A stretch of 64,000 nucleotides of DNA. It comes from Eledone cirrhosa. Lineage: Eukaryota. The notes below the pieces were generated by a model. The model searched no databases, was not told the DNA's origin, and worked only from the letters and a program-made list of their open reading frames with translations. Of the stretch, positions 12,285 to 25,748 are shown piece by piece. The stretch lies in contig OZ024742.1 of NCBI GenBank assembly GCA_964016885.1, positions 176,514,001 to 176,578,000 of the forward strand. The letters are read 5' to 3'. Numbering within the stretch: the stretch's first letter is position 1; the number at the start of each line of letters is the position of its first letter. A program made the position numbers and the translations under genes.

Positions 12285-12595
12285 TTGTTATACTTGGGGA
12301 GGGTCATATTGTTGAAATAATATTGTCAGAAACAATGACAGAACACACTCACTGTTTGGCTGGTTTTCGCTTCTGTATATTTTATATCTCCACAGTTAAT
12401 TCATTTGATCCTTAATATTTATCATTGACTGACGAACGGTTAAAAATACAGATATAAACACATACATATATAGTCTAACATAATTCTTTCGTTGCACATC
12501 TGCAACATCATCAGGGGTACTATTATGTTTCCTCCTGTTGTATTGTATGTCTACGCCAAAATGGCGATTTCATATAAAAAAACCTCGAAAACATA
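12285..12595 (-). mobile_element. Solo PLE pLTR 3' end with degenerate hammerhead
   Basis: Homologous to 24120-24450. Reverse complement has CTGATGA-t-gttgca-gatg-tgcaac-GAAA at about 12487-12514. Confidence 0.7.
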
Positions 12596-13110
12596 TATAT
12601 ATATATTTGATTTGTGCAGTTTTTGCAATAATTGCATTAATTTTACACTTACTGAATTCATTAGCCAATATCTGGGGTTATCTCCCCTGCATAGTTACAC
12701 ACGTGGTATTTTACTACTACATGTTACTGCTTAATCCCGCTTGCTGGTGTAGAACAAAATACCTGTTGCCGAAGTGACAGCCTTGTTCGATCATTATATC
12801 AAAAGCTTATTATTGAAGCAGACAGTATATTTGATTTAGGTGTCGCAGAAACCCTTTACTGGATTATACCATATTTTTGTAGAGTCCGGATAAATATTAT
12901 ATTCTCTTGTTTGCCCCGTTTAGCTTGCCTCGTCTTTTTGGCTTAGGTAGTTGATGGCTTCTTGACCGCCATCTCAGTTTGTTTGGCCTTTATAACCTAT
13001 GTTTATTGCTCTTGTCTTTATTTAGTCCATGGAGCGCTTGCCAGCATAACTCGGATATTGCGTTTCGCTTTGTTTTCAATCACAGCTGAAATTCGATCTC
13101 GCTGAAATAA

Positions 13111-13151
<41 letters not shown>

Positions 13152-13479
13152 GTGAAAATATATCCTTATATATTTATATGTATATACACAAGGGCAAAAT
13201 ATTGAATGATCATTTGAGTGAATATATGCCAGCAAATTTCACGCTCAGTGTTGAACAACAGCCCATTCATCCAGTGTGTTATACATATGAAATAATGAAT
13301 TAAACTTTGAATAATCAAATCTCGAGTGTTCTATGAATGCATGTGGACAGAATCTTTCAATAATATATGAAACAATGAAAGACATTTTTTTCTAATACAT
13401 GTTTCAATACGAGACATATGAAATGGCAAGACTGTCTCTTAAGGTCAATTTCTAATATATAAAGTTATGTCTACATATA

Positions 13480-13703
13480 AAGGTTTCTAATTTAGGCACA
13501 AGGCCAACAATTTCAGGGGTGATGAAAGTCGATTTCATCGAACCCAAGTGCATTACTGGTGGGTGCTTTATTTTATTAACCCCGTAAGGATGAAAGGCAA
13601 AGCTAATCTCGGCGGGATTTGAACTCAGAACATAAAGGGCCGTAACTGTAGGCTGCAAATCATAGTGCCCAACGCTCTACCGATTCTGCCAATGCACCGC
13701 CCT
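13480..13703 (-). mobile_element. tRNA-derived SINE
   Basis: Full family sequence including the A-box and B-box (gagttcaaatcc) head. Confidence 0.85.
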
Positions 13704-13741
13704 TCGCCTATATATTATAATGCGAGTAGAAATAATTATTA

Positions 13742-13958
13742 GTGTGGATTATCAGTATCGGTAAAGGGTCGGATGCCATGCTTTACAGCATAGAGTTACG
13801 GCCGTTTACGGTCTGAGTTCAAATCCTGCCGAGGTTAACTTTGCCTTTCATCCTTACGAGGTCAATAAAATAAAGTACCAGTCACGCACTGGGTCGATTT
13901 AATCGACCTTCCCCGCCCCAAAATTGTTGGCCTTGTGCCTATATAAGAAATTATTATT
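13742..13958 (+). mobile_element. tRNA-derived SINE, head-to-head with the previous copy
   Basis: gagttcaaatcctgccgaggttaactttgcctttcatcc...ggccttgtgcc. Confidence 0.85.
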
Positions 13959-14806
13959 AGTGTAAAGACGTTATGGTTAATATGATGCAGTCACATTGCT
14001 TGAAATTTCGTATTTTCAAGAACGTCCTTCTAATGTAGTTTTGTGCAGTTTGTTAATTAATATGTTTATTGTATCCTTAATATTGGACAACTCATTGTGA
14101 AGATTAAATCAAAACAAAATGAAATGAAACAGATTTACTTTTCATTTGCCATCAAAACGGTAAAATATATACCGTATACCAGAGAATATATGTATTACAG
14201 GTGAAGAGTTACACTGTGTGGTTACTGAAAACGAAGGGCTAGAAGGTAAATGGGACGTAAACAAGAGAAGAAAGTAACTCTTCATCAGCTGTTTACTACA
14301 GATCAAAATGGTTCGGTGCTTAAAACAGAACATCGATCTGTAGCGCGCCCATGGCCTTTTATCCATCAAAAGGCCACGAGGGAAAGAAGTGATAGTGAAG
14401 AGAGAGGAAAAAAAAAAAAAAAGGGAAAACAGGAAAAAATGAAGTAAACATACTGATATAAGTTGGGACACAGCGCAATAGCACATATATGTAAAGTAAC
14501 CGAAGAGAAAGAGGGACAGAGAAATTAACTTTCTTCTGGGAATGAACATGTACGTGAAAATAAATTTGTCTTCCCCTTTCAATTTTTTTATTATTATTAT
14601 TTTCACTATTTGTACAAATATGCATCTTAACAATATTCGACATATTCGCAATTGACAATGCATATATTGCTGAAACCGGTACCGTAAATAAATTAATGTT
14701 TTGATATTTCATTGAAAAATCTTTTCAACATTTTCTAGTGAAAAAATCCTTTTCCTTTCTACTATTTGTTGTTATATATATCAACTCGTGTGTTACGTTT
14801 CTACAT

Positions 14807-14869
<63 letters not shown>

Positions 14870-14877
<8 letters not shown>

Positions 14878-15711
14878 CTGTGTGTATGTGTGTGTGTACA
14901 ATTTGTTTGTTAAAATAATCAAATTAAATTAATTCAACAGTTAAATACACATAGGATTATAAAGGTTTATAAGCCAGAACATTGACAAGTCGACCCTAAA
15001 TTTGATTAATAGCTCTAGGAAAGCTATAAGCGATACCATTTCCTTTTAACTTTGATTTTTAAAGTACGTTTATAATAATTAATTTTCATTATATTTTCGT
15101 AGCTGTCTTGGAGGCCTAGTTGGAAGAATCGTAGACGGTGGTGAACCTAGTTTGAATTTCGATCCTGGTCAGGAGTAGGGTTCTGGATAAACCTTCTCAG
15201 TTAATTTCTATGGGATGGAAAATAAAATCTGAAAAAGATTACATGCACCTCTCGACCAGTATTGAACCCAAGACCAGGATCTCTGCCGTCTCTCGTACCT
15301 ACTGCTAGTCCACTGAGACAGCTACGAAAGTCTACTGAAAATTCATACTTATAAACCTACTTTCAACATTTTCAAAACAAAGTATTGTGGTGTCGTTCAT
15401 GTCTCTCTTAATGTTATTGCACCTCCTTAAGGTCGACTTCAAAATCATTTTTGTGTTCCATGAACTGTGACCTCGTTTTGTTTTTCATCTATCTAGACAA
15501 TATTTTCACCTGTAATCCATGTTTCATTTCTGTTGCACCTCATTCTCCCCCTCCCCTCACCCTCCTCTCTTTCTTTCTGTAATATATGAATCTACTATAA
15601 TTTGGACTTACCTTATTCATATATATTTTTTTTGCATGACAGTTGCATTCAAACTTAGAGTGATTGGCATTATCTATCCATCTATAAAGATCTCTCTCTC
15701 TCTCTCACTCT

Positions 15712-15767
<56 letters not shown>

Positions 15768-16157
15768 TGGCGGACTCGGTCTAAAAATATTGGTTGCCAG
15801 GAGATGAAGGGGCCCACCTATATATAGAATGCAATAACTTAATATTTATAATGAATAAATAACATTTTCAAAAAATACATAAGTGGAAACAAAACTGCAA
15901 TCAAATTTATCCGGAAAAATATGCCTCTCCAATAAAAAATATTATGCATTTTGCAAAATCCAGAGACTTTCAACAAAGAATAATGACCTTTTGTCTTTCA
16001 CACTCACTCAATATATATATATTGAGAACTCTATGCTCCTTCGGAACAGAGTATGATAATATGGAAAACGAAGAATCAATGATGTATCGGAACACAAATT
16101 TACGTAATTGGCTTTGATAAGTACCAATCAGTACGAAACAGAGCTCTGTCAGGTTTA

Positions 16158-16225
<68 letters not shown>

Positions 16226-17073
16226 CTGTATGTATGTGTGTGTGTACAATTTGTTTGTTAAAATAATCAAATTAAATTAATTCAACAGTTAAATACACAT
16301 AGGATTATAAAGGCCTTTTGAAAATAGGTTTATAAGCCAGAACATTGACAAGTCGACCCTAAATTTGATTAATAGCTCTAGGAAAGCTATAAGCGATACC
16401 ATTTCCTTTTAACTTTGATTTTTAAAGTACGTTTATAATAATTAATTTTCATTATATTTTCGTAGCTGTCTTGGAGGCCTAGTTGGAAGAATCGTAGACG
16501 GTGGTGAACCTAGTTTGAATTTCGATCCTGGTCAGGAGTAGGGTTCTGGATAAACCTTCTCAGTTAATTTCTATGGGATGGAAAATAAAATCTGAAAAAG
16601 ATTACATGCACCTCTCGACCAGTATTGAACCCAAGACCAGGATCTCTGCCGTCTCTCGTACCTACTGCTAGTCCACTGAGACAGCTACGAAAGTCTACTG
16701 AAAATTCATACTTATAAACCTACTTTCAACATTTTCAAAACAAAGTATTGTGGTGTCGTTCATGTCTCTCTTAATGTTATTGCACCTCCTTAAGGTAGAC
16801 TTCAAAATAATTTTTGTGTTCCATGAACTGTGACCTCTTTTTGTTTTTCATCTATCTAGACAATATTTTCACCTGTAATCCATGTTTCATTTCTGTTGCA
16901 CCTCATTCTCCCCCTCCCCTCACCCTCCTCTCTTTCTTTCTGTAATATATGAATCTACTATAATTTGGACTTACCTTATTCATATATATTTTTTTGCATG
17001 ACAGTCGCATTCAAACTTAGAGTGATTGGCATTATCTATCCATCTATAAAGATCTCTCTCTCTCTCTCACTCT

Positions 17074-17127
<54 letters not shown>

Positions 17128-17521
17128 TGGCGGACTCGGTCTAAAAATATTGGTTGCCAGGAGATGAAGGGGCCCACCTATATATAGAATGCAATAACTT
17201 AATATTTATAATGAATAAATAACATTTTCAAAAAATACATAAGTGGAAACAAAACTGCAATCAAATTTATCCGGAAAAATATGCCTCTCCAATAAAAAAT
17301 ATTATGCATTTTGCAAAATCCAGAGACTTTCAACAAAGAATAATGACCTTTTGTCTTTCACACTCACTCAATATATATATATTGAGAACTCTATGCTCCT
17401 TCGGAACAGAGTATGATAATATGGAAAACGAAGAATCAATGATGTATCGGAACACAAATTTACGTAATTGGCTTTGATAAGTACCAATCAGTACGAAACA
17501 GAGCTCTGTCAGGTTTATCTC
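14870..17521. repeat. Tandem duplication of ~1.36 kb (about 14870-16161 and 16212-17521)
   Basis: The copies are near-identical, differing by one ~16-bp indel and a few substitutions, with a (TA)n junction. Confidence 0.95.
17470..17514 (+). ncRNA. Hammerhead variant with U3-A8 core (also at 16110-16154 and 17790-17834)
   Basis: ggct-TTGATAA-gtac-caatca-gtac-GAAA-cagagctctg-TC-aggt; helix I is weak. Confidence 0.55.
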
Positions 17522-17959
17522 CCTTTTTTGCTGAAAATTAAAAGTAAGTGAGACTGTCACTACTCTAAAACAATAGTGTAAGGTCTTCGAAATGCTTTTA
17601 ATTAAGCATACAGTGTATTTTAAAATACACTATATATACATTCATATATATATCGCTATTTGAGAGCACCAATTCTAATTTTCAATTTCTGCTTGACCGG
17701 CAACCGCTCTGTATAACCAGTTCCTGATTATTACTAGAATTCTATAAGAATCAAACATTCATGATTTTCAGCAAACAGATGGAATACTTGGCTTTGATAA
17801 GTACCAATCAGTACGAAACAGACCTCTGTAAGATTTATCTCCCCAGTTTGCTGAAAATTTAAAGTAAGTGAGACTGTCACTACTCTAAAACATTAGCGTA
17901 AGGTCTTGGAAATGCTTTTAATTATCATACAGTGTATTGCAAAATACACTGTATATACA

Positions 17960-17999
<40 letters not shown>

Positions 18000-18133
18000 A
18001 TCAAAAGATGGTTAAAAGAGTTCCATCGTTTGATCTTATATATTATGTATACTCCAGTCCTACAAACTGTAGAGTGCTTCTTATCCGATATCTGCATTGC
18101 TTTATTGTACTACAATAAAACTCACCTCCTACG

Positions 18134-18188
<55 letters not shown>

Positions 18189-18826
18189 ATATATATATAT
18201 TTTTTTTTTTTTCTTTTGGCCGTTTTGGAAGCCTCAACAATGCAGATGGGTAATTCTCCGGGTAACATGATCCAGTGGTGGAGAGAGAGATGTAAGTGAA
18301 TGCAGGATGAGATGTATAGTGTGTAGAAGAGCGTAGGAAAGAGCGTAAAGAAATAAAAATAACAACACGAGCTAGAGTTACCTTGGGAGAGATTTAATTG
18401 TCGCTATATTTCGGAATCACATCAATCCACTGGAAAGTTTTCCGGGGGGGGGGGGGTTTATATGTCGGAGAGGAGCGATAAGTGTCCTCAACTGTTCGTT
18501 GTTTTGAATATCTGAGGTATTCAGCAGACCGCGCGCGCACGCGGAATGATTTCGTTTAATTAGAGGTCGACGGGCGAACTAGTTCTTTTAATTGTGGGAG
18601 TGTGGTGGCGTTAGCCGTCAACCCTTTGTATTATCTGCCTGTGGTGGTTTCTGCATTAGCAGTGTTGTATAGTGTATTCGTGTAGTGGTGGTATTCGCCT
18701 GCCTGTTTGGTGAATGCTACTGTGTGTGTGTGTGTGTGTGCGTGTGTTGTTGTCTCGCTTGTGTATGTGTGCGTGTGTTGTTGTCTCGCTTGTGTGTGTG
18801 TGTGCGTGTGTTGTTGCCTCGTTTGT

Positions 18827-21400
18827 TTAAACCAACCACCTCATTTCGCTTCTCTCGGATCGGTTATTTATTTGAGGCCCTATGCGTTTGATCCAAAGTG
18901 CGTCCTTGATTCGTAACGTGCCGACATTGCGTTCTGTCGCTAGCACTGAGACAATGGGCCTTCCGTCTTTGTTTCCGCATTTGGTTATGTGTTTCCGGAA
19001 AGACGAGGCCCTGGTGTTGATGTGATCCTTGATCCGGATGTGTAGCGGCCGGATTGTGCTACCGATATAGTAGTGGTTGCACTTGTCACATTCTACCTTA
19101 TACAGGACGCATGTGCGTAGGCAACAGTTCGTATAGTGCATCGGGCAGTTTCTGAGGGAGCACGCGTCAGTCGATTTGCTGGGTTTCCTGGAGAGGCATC
19201 TTCGCAGGGAGGGGCCCGTGTGGGCCAGTGGGATGTCGAGGCCCTCCCTCCGTATAGCCCTGCGGATAGCGTTGGTGGTATTCTCGCCCAGGTGTGGTAT
19301 TTTAAGGAAGCACTTGCCTTGGGTGTTTTTCCGCCTCTTGCGTTTGGTGTCTCTTATTCTGTTTGTAAGCGAAGCAGAGTACCCGTTCGTCTCCAGAACT
19401 TTGAGGAGTCGCTTGGTATGGGTGACACCACTTGCGGGATCGCTGCATCTGTTTTTAATTCGCGTGATCTCGTTCGTGACGTACCCTCTTTTAGCACTGT
19501 TAGGGACTTGTAGTAGACGAACAGGTCCCTGCAGGCTGATTTGCGGTAGAAATTGGTGTGGATCCCTCCCTGTTCCGTGATGTTGATTCGGAAATCGAGG
19601 AGGGCAAGTGACCCGTCTTCGCTGGGGTGTTCAACGCTGAAATCAATGTTCTCGTCCGTGTTGTTGAACGTCTCATATATTCTGCTCGCCATCTCCTGGT
19701 AAGATGTGAGGATGAGGATGTCGTCCACGTACCTTGAGAAAAAGGCGACGGCGTTGGGGCCGCAGGTGTTGAGTGTCTTGCGCTAAAGGCTGTCCATGTA
19801 TGAGATCGCTAGCACACCCGACAGACTTGAGCCCATGGGCAGTCCCGAGGTTTTCTGGTATGTTTGGTCAAGACATCCGAAGTATGTGTTGTCAACGACG
19901 ATGGATAGGAGTTGGTGGATGTCAGTGGGGATGAGCCCGAAGCAATGTAGATTGGACGCGTTCCATCAGTATATCAACGTCCGGGGGTGCTGGGACCGAG
20001 GTGTAAAGAGCGACTACATCTAGGCTGAAGGCATATCTGTTAGCCTTTCTGGTGTCGGGATCCATTTGCAGGCACTCCAATACCTCCTAGGAGCTGTTTA
20101 CGTGTCCTGGCAAGGTGTTTAGGATGGGTTTGAGTATTCTGGTTAGGATCTATGAATTTTGTAGAGCGGTCCTTCCACGTTCGACACAATGGTCTGATCT
20201 GCAGGTCGGGTCCCCTGTTTGTGTGTTTTCACAAGGTGGTAGAAGGCGGGTAGTCTGCTGTTCCTCGTGAGGAGGTTGTATCTCAGCTTCTTCAGGAACT
20301 TCCGCCGATCGCAGATGTTGGTCCAGGTGGCGTTGATGTGCTCCTCTATCTGCGCGGGAGTGATTCCGGTGACATTGGAGTAGAGGTTGTCATCGTCAAG
20401 GTGTTGGAGGGCCAGAGTGTTGTAGGCCTCTCTGCTGATGACGCAGAATTCTTTTCCTTGTCGGAGGGGCGGTAGATGAGGTTCGATTTCAGGTTGGAGA
20501 GAGTGGTGAGTTGAGATTTGGTGAGGTTGTATGTTGTGCGTGTGTGTGTGTTTTTGTGTAGAATATCCGAGATGGAGTGTTTTAACCTGATGAGTTTAGT
20601 GTCGAGTTCGTGGTCGGTGGGTGTGGAGTGGAGTGGGTTGACGATGTGGTAAGTGGGGAACTTGGGGTGGGTTGCGTGGGCGCTGTTAATTTCCGTGGCG
20701 CTGTTGATGGCGGTCACCCATTTAGGCTGGTAGGCGGCTCAACAGAAGTTGGCTTCGATGTCGTCGAGTCGTTGTGAGACGATGAACTTGGGTCCGAGGC
20801 GTAAGAGTTTCAGCTCGTCGTTCGTGAGAGTGCCGGTTAGGTCGGTGACCAGCTGCGTCGCATCGTTGAGGTGTGGATCGGTGTTGGAGGATGCGGCGGC
20901 GGCGGTTGTTACGCTGTTGTTTTCCACGTGGTTCTGGCCTGTCTCATTGTGGAGTTTAGACAATATCCACTCATATTTTCGCTTGAGCCGTTTTTTTTCG
21001 TGTTGGACTCTGGAGTGGTAGCACTGGTCGATTGCTTTAGTGATTTTAAGGAGCAAGTCGCCAGGTGTTATTGTCAGTCGATGTGTCCGCTCTGTGAGTG
21101 TCCGCTTATGCATGTGTAATTGGCGGTTGAGATGTCTCAGGATATGTTTGATACACGTGCGGTGTATGCGGCTAGTGATGTTTTGAAAAGCTGGTGTACG
21201 TAGGCATCCTGGTAAGCGGATATTCCTGATGGTGGTGGGGATGACATCGTTTTTTAGGCCACGTTTCAGGAAAATAATTTGACATAATGGCCCATTTCTC
21301 CGAGAGTCTAAACAGTTCCCTTACAGATGCAAACAATTCCTGGCTCAGGTGTAAGGATAAGAGAGTATTGAAGTTTGCTTGAAGTATTGTGGAATAATAA
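18827..21400 (-). pseudogene. Near full-length GC-rich PLE ORF (N-terminus, RT, GIY-YIG), disrupted
   Basis: LLRLGPKF, YRPSDK, SGLPMGSSLS, RYVDDIL, LALLD, VLYKVECDKCNHYYIGSTIRPLHIRIKDH. Confidence 0.9.
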
Positions 21401-21409
21401 GATATATTT

Positions 21410-22378
21410 TCTCCAACCTGAAATCGAAGAACCTCATCTACCGCCTCTCCGACAAGGGAAAATAATTCTGCGTCATCAGCAGAGAGGCCTACAAGACTCT
21501 GGCCCTCCAACACCTTGACAATGACAACCTCTACTCCAAGGCCACGGGAATCTCTCCCGCGCAAATAGAGGAGCACATCAACGCCGCCTGGACCAACATC
21601 TGCGACCGGCGGAAGCTCCCAAAGAAGCTGAGATACAACCTCCTCACGAGGAACAGCAGACTACCCGCATTCTACCACGTTGTGAAAACACACAAACAGG
21701 GACCCAACCTGAAGATCAGACCTATTGTATCGAGCGTGAAAGGATCGCTCTACAAAATTCAAGGCTTCCAGCCAGAATACTCAAACCCATCCTAGACACC
21801 TTGCTAGAACACGTAAACAGCTCCGAGGAGGTGTTGGAGCGCCTGCATCAAATGGATCCCGACACCAGAAAGGCTAACAGGTCTGCCTTCAGCCTTGATA
21901 TAGTCGCTCTTTACACCTCGGTCCCGACACTCCCGGCCGTTGATATACTGATGGAACGCGTTCAATCTACCGACCTACACTGCTTCGGGCTCACCTCCAC
22001 TGACATCCACCAACTCCTATCCATCGTCGTTGACAACAAATACTTCGGATTTCTCGACCAAACATACCAGAAAGCCTCGGGACTGCCCATGGGCTCAAGC
22101 CTGTCGGCTGTGCTAACGATCTCATACATGGACAGCCCCGAGCGCAAGGCACTCAACACCTGCCACCCCAACGCCGTAGCCTTTTTCTCAAGGTACGTGG
22201 ACGATATCCTCATCCTCACATCTTACCAAGAGATGGCGAACAGAATTTATGAGACGTTCAACAACACCTACGAGAACATTGATTTCAGTATTGAACACCC
22301 CAGCGACGACGGGTCACTTGCCCTCCTCGACTTCCGAATCAACATCACGGAACAGGGAGGGATCCACACCAACTTCTA
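21410..22378 (+). pseudogene. Inverted duplicate of the RT region of the same PLE
   Basis: Reverse complement of about 19552-20500; SLDIVALYTSVP, SGLPMGSSLS, RYVDDIL. Confidence 0.9.
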
Positions 22379-22379
22379 A

Positions 22380-24452
22380 GGTCATGGCGTTTCTAGTTTT
22401 ACAGTAGACCCATAAGAGGTAGACCCCCCACCATAACCTCAATGGCAAAAAAGACTCCCATGGGAAGGTGGATTGGGTGGACCAAAGATATACGGACCCC
22501 CCAAAACAATGATCAGGTAAGAAAAATGGTCGCACATGCAATAGGGGCTAGTATCAAAACTTCCCTAAAGGGCCACATATTTAAGTTCAACGAGAAGATC
22601 TACACCCAAAATGAGGGAGCAGCTATTGGCGTCAGCATAGCTGGTGATGTTGCCAAACTTTTCATGGTATGGTGGGAAAGGAGACTTAAAGATCTCCTTA
22701 ATGAGAGCTCCATAGACCTCATCATGTACTCTCGTTACGTAGACGATATCAATATAGAACATCCCCACTAGAGAGCACTAACAAGTTTGATTTAGAACGT
22801 AGCACAATGGGAAGCATCCAGCAGATAGCTAATTCCATACACCAGTGTATAACTGTAACTATCGACTTCCCTTCCAAACACCCTAACAATAGACTATCTG
22901 TATTAGACACGGAACTCTGGATTAAAACTATAGACGAGAGAGCCCAAATTTTCCACTCACACTGTGCTAAACCCATGGCCTCCAAATACCTGATACTAAA
23001 AAATTCAGCAATGTCCAGTAGTGCTATGTTTAATATTCTGATCGCAGATTTGGTACGAGTGATGAAGAATGTGTCCCGCATGTGCGACCCAACAGAAATG
23101 GAAAGACACATCCAACACTTCATCAACCGCATGCAGTTCTCTGGCTACAACCAAAGAGGCAGAGTCAGAGTATATGAAGGAGCCATGTAGAAGTATAAGA
23201 CCCTCATAGAACTGGACATGAAAGGAATTTACCCATTATACAGGAGCAAATCATGGAATAGCTTAGATAGGGCTAGACATAAGATAGGGAAAGCCACCTC
23301 ATGGTACGACAACCAGAGATACCAGCGTGTCATGTTTGTGGACGCTACCCATGGAGGGAAATTAGCTAACCAGTGTAGCAAGGCCCTGAGAAAGACCCAC
23401 TTAAAGATTAAGGTGGTAGAAAAGCCAGGAACCACCATAAAATCCCTGATCAGCAAAACCTACCCTTTTAAGAAAACCCACAGTACTAATAGGAAATGTA
23501 TCATATGTAAGGTAAACCCCCGGATAAACTGTAAAACTAGAAACGTAGTCTATAGCATAAGATGTACAGAGGGTACTTGCAGAAACATGACAACATCATA
23601 TATAGCCGAGACAGCTCGTAGCATAGGTGAAAGGATAGACCAACACAGGGGGGGAACTAAAAGGACGAAAAAACGGGTCAGTACTATACAAACATGCCAG
23701 ACAACACCACACGGCAAAATAGACAACAGAAATTAGAATAATATCTAAAAATAGAAATGACCCAGCAGATAGGCAATTCAGAGAGGCCAGTGAAATAGAA
23801 CATAGAAGGCCAAGACTAAACAGAAAGAATGAATGGAATAACAACAACACCCAAACAGACAACACTGACCTAAGAGAAGTATAAATAAATAAATAAATAG
23901 ATAAATAAATAAATAAATACATACACAAGCACAATAACAACAAACACATGTACACACACACTAGTAACGATAGAATACATTAACCGATACACAGTCACCC
24001 AATCACGAACACACATCAAACAAAACACTATACACACACGCAAACGCATGCGCAAAGAAGACAACATAAAATAAACAAACAAACAAATAAATAAATAAAT
24101 ATATAGACAGACTAAATAAAAATGGCGTAGACATACAATATAACGGGAGGAAACAATAGCACCACTGACGATGTTGCAGATGTGCAACGAAAGAACTTTG
24201 ATGAACTATATATATGTGTTTGTGTCTATATTGTATCTGTATTATTTTTGACCGTCGGTCAGTCAATGGCAACATTGAGGACCGAATAAATTAGATTACC
24301 GATATAAAAGACACAGAAGCGAAAAGCGAAAACCAACCAAACAGTAAGTGTGTTCTGTTATTAATTCTGGCAATATTACACAAATATGACCCTCCCCAAG
24401 TATAACAATATTGTTTCGACACACGATTTCATATAAAAAAACCTCGCAAAAC
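22380..24452 (+). mobile_element. 5'-truncated PLE of a different lineage (GAAIG RT motif) with 3' pLTR
   Basis: FKFNEKIYTQNEGAAIG, SRYVDDI, DFPSKH...LD, CIICK...CKTRNVVYSIRC...YIAETARSIGER..QH. Confidence 0.88.
24160..24203 (+). ncRNA. Type I minimal hammerhead in pLTR
   Basis: cacca-CTGACGA-t-gttgca-gatg-tgcaac-GAAA-gaac-TT-tgatg. Confidence 0.72.
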
Positions 24453-24596
24453 TAATTCATCGCCGTTATATATATATATACATATATACATATGTATATA
24501 TATATATATATATTTATATATGTGTGTGTATATATGTATGTATATATATATATATATGTATATACATATATATATACACACACACACTCATATATA

Positions 24597-24627
<31 letters not shown>

Positions 24628-24665
24628 GTATATGTATATATACATATATATATATAGATATATAC

Positions 24666-24703
<38 letters not shown>

Positions 24704-24716
24704 ATGTGTGTGTCTG

Positions 24717-24814
<98 letters not shown>

Positions 24815-24859
24815 TATACATACACACACACACACATATCTATCTCTCTCCCTCTCTCC

Positions 24860-24965
<106 letters not shown>

Positions 24966-25557
24966 ACAATTTAATTTTAGGTTTAATCAATTCATATAAA
25001 ATGTATATAGATAATGTTTCTCAGTGCAAAGCTCAATAATCTTTTGTTCAGAGCCATAAATATAAGAGTATAAACCATGTGTAAAAGAATATATCAATTG
25101 AAATGCAAAATATTAATAGAATATATATGCAAAACAAATAATATGTAAATTCAAATACATAGACCTAGGAGTATGCATTATCTGTATATATGTAACAAAA
25201 TACTAGTTCTTTCTCAATTGATATATCCTGTTATATATCGTTTATACTTATATATACTAGCACAAAAGCCACCCTTGGGTGATTTTCTGCTAGCATGTGT
25301 AGTGTGTATATTGGTATTATACACAAGTATATATACATGTAGATATGATACATCAAATAAAATCGTCACCGGAATTGTTGACATCACACACTCTCGATTT
25401 TCTATATATATGGTAGTTGAAGTGGCGGTGGTGGTGGCAACGATATACCGGAAGTGCAACTTTGAAAAGAAGTCAATTTTAAATTATTTATTTTTATGAA
25501 ATTATATTTGTTTACGAAATTTAGTAGATACATTATGTAATATTCATTCAAAGTAAT

Positions 25558-25748
25558 GGCCTGTGAATTGGCAGTATCGGTAGAGAATCAGACATGCTTT
25601 CCACCATAGTTACGTCCCTTTACAATATGAGTTCAAATCCCGCTGAGGTTAACTCTGCCTTTCATCCATATGAGATCGATAAAATAAAGTACCAGTAATG
25701 TACTGGTGTAATTTGCTGGTCTTGTGCCAAAAGTAGAAACAATTATTT
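25558..25748 (+). mobile_element. tRNA-derived SINE
   Basis: Matches the family consensus, including B box and tail. Confidence 0.85.

Noticed and set aside
13742-13830. tRNA gene
   Set aside because: A/B boxes are present, but it is the head of a multicopy SINE with no clean cloverleaf.
14201-14245. Possible 45-bp host exon (ttacag|GTGAAG...CTAGAAG|gtaaat)
   Set aside because: Splice-like flanks only; no recognisable peptide or partner exons. Needs RNA-seq.
18480-18535. Hammerhead-like remnant in the 3' UTR of the GC-rich PLE (minus strand CTGCTGA...AAAA-caac..gttg)
   Set aside because: Multiple core positions are mutated, so it cannot be supported.
25257-25293. 37-bp CTAG-bounded hairpin resembling paired Helitron ends
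   Set aside because: Too short to assign.
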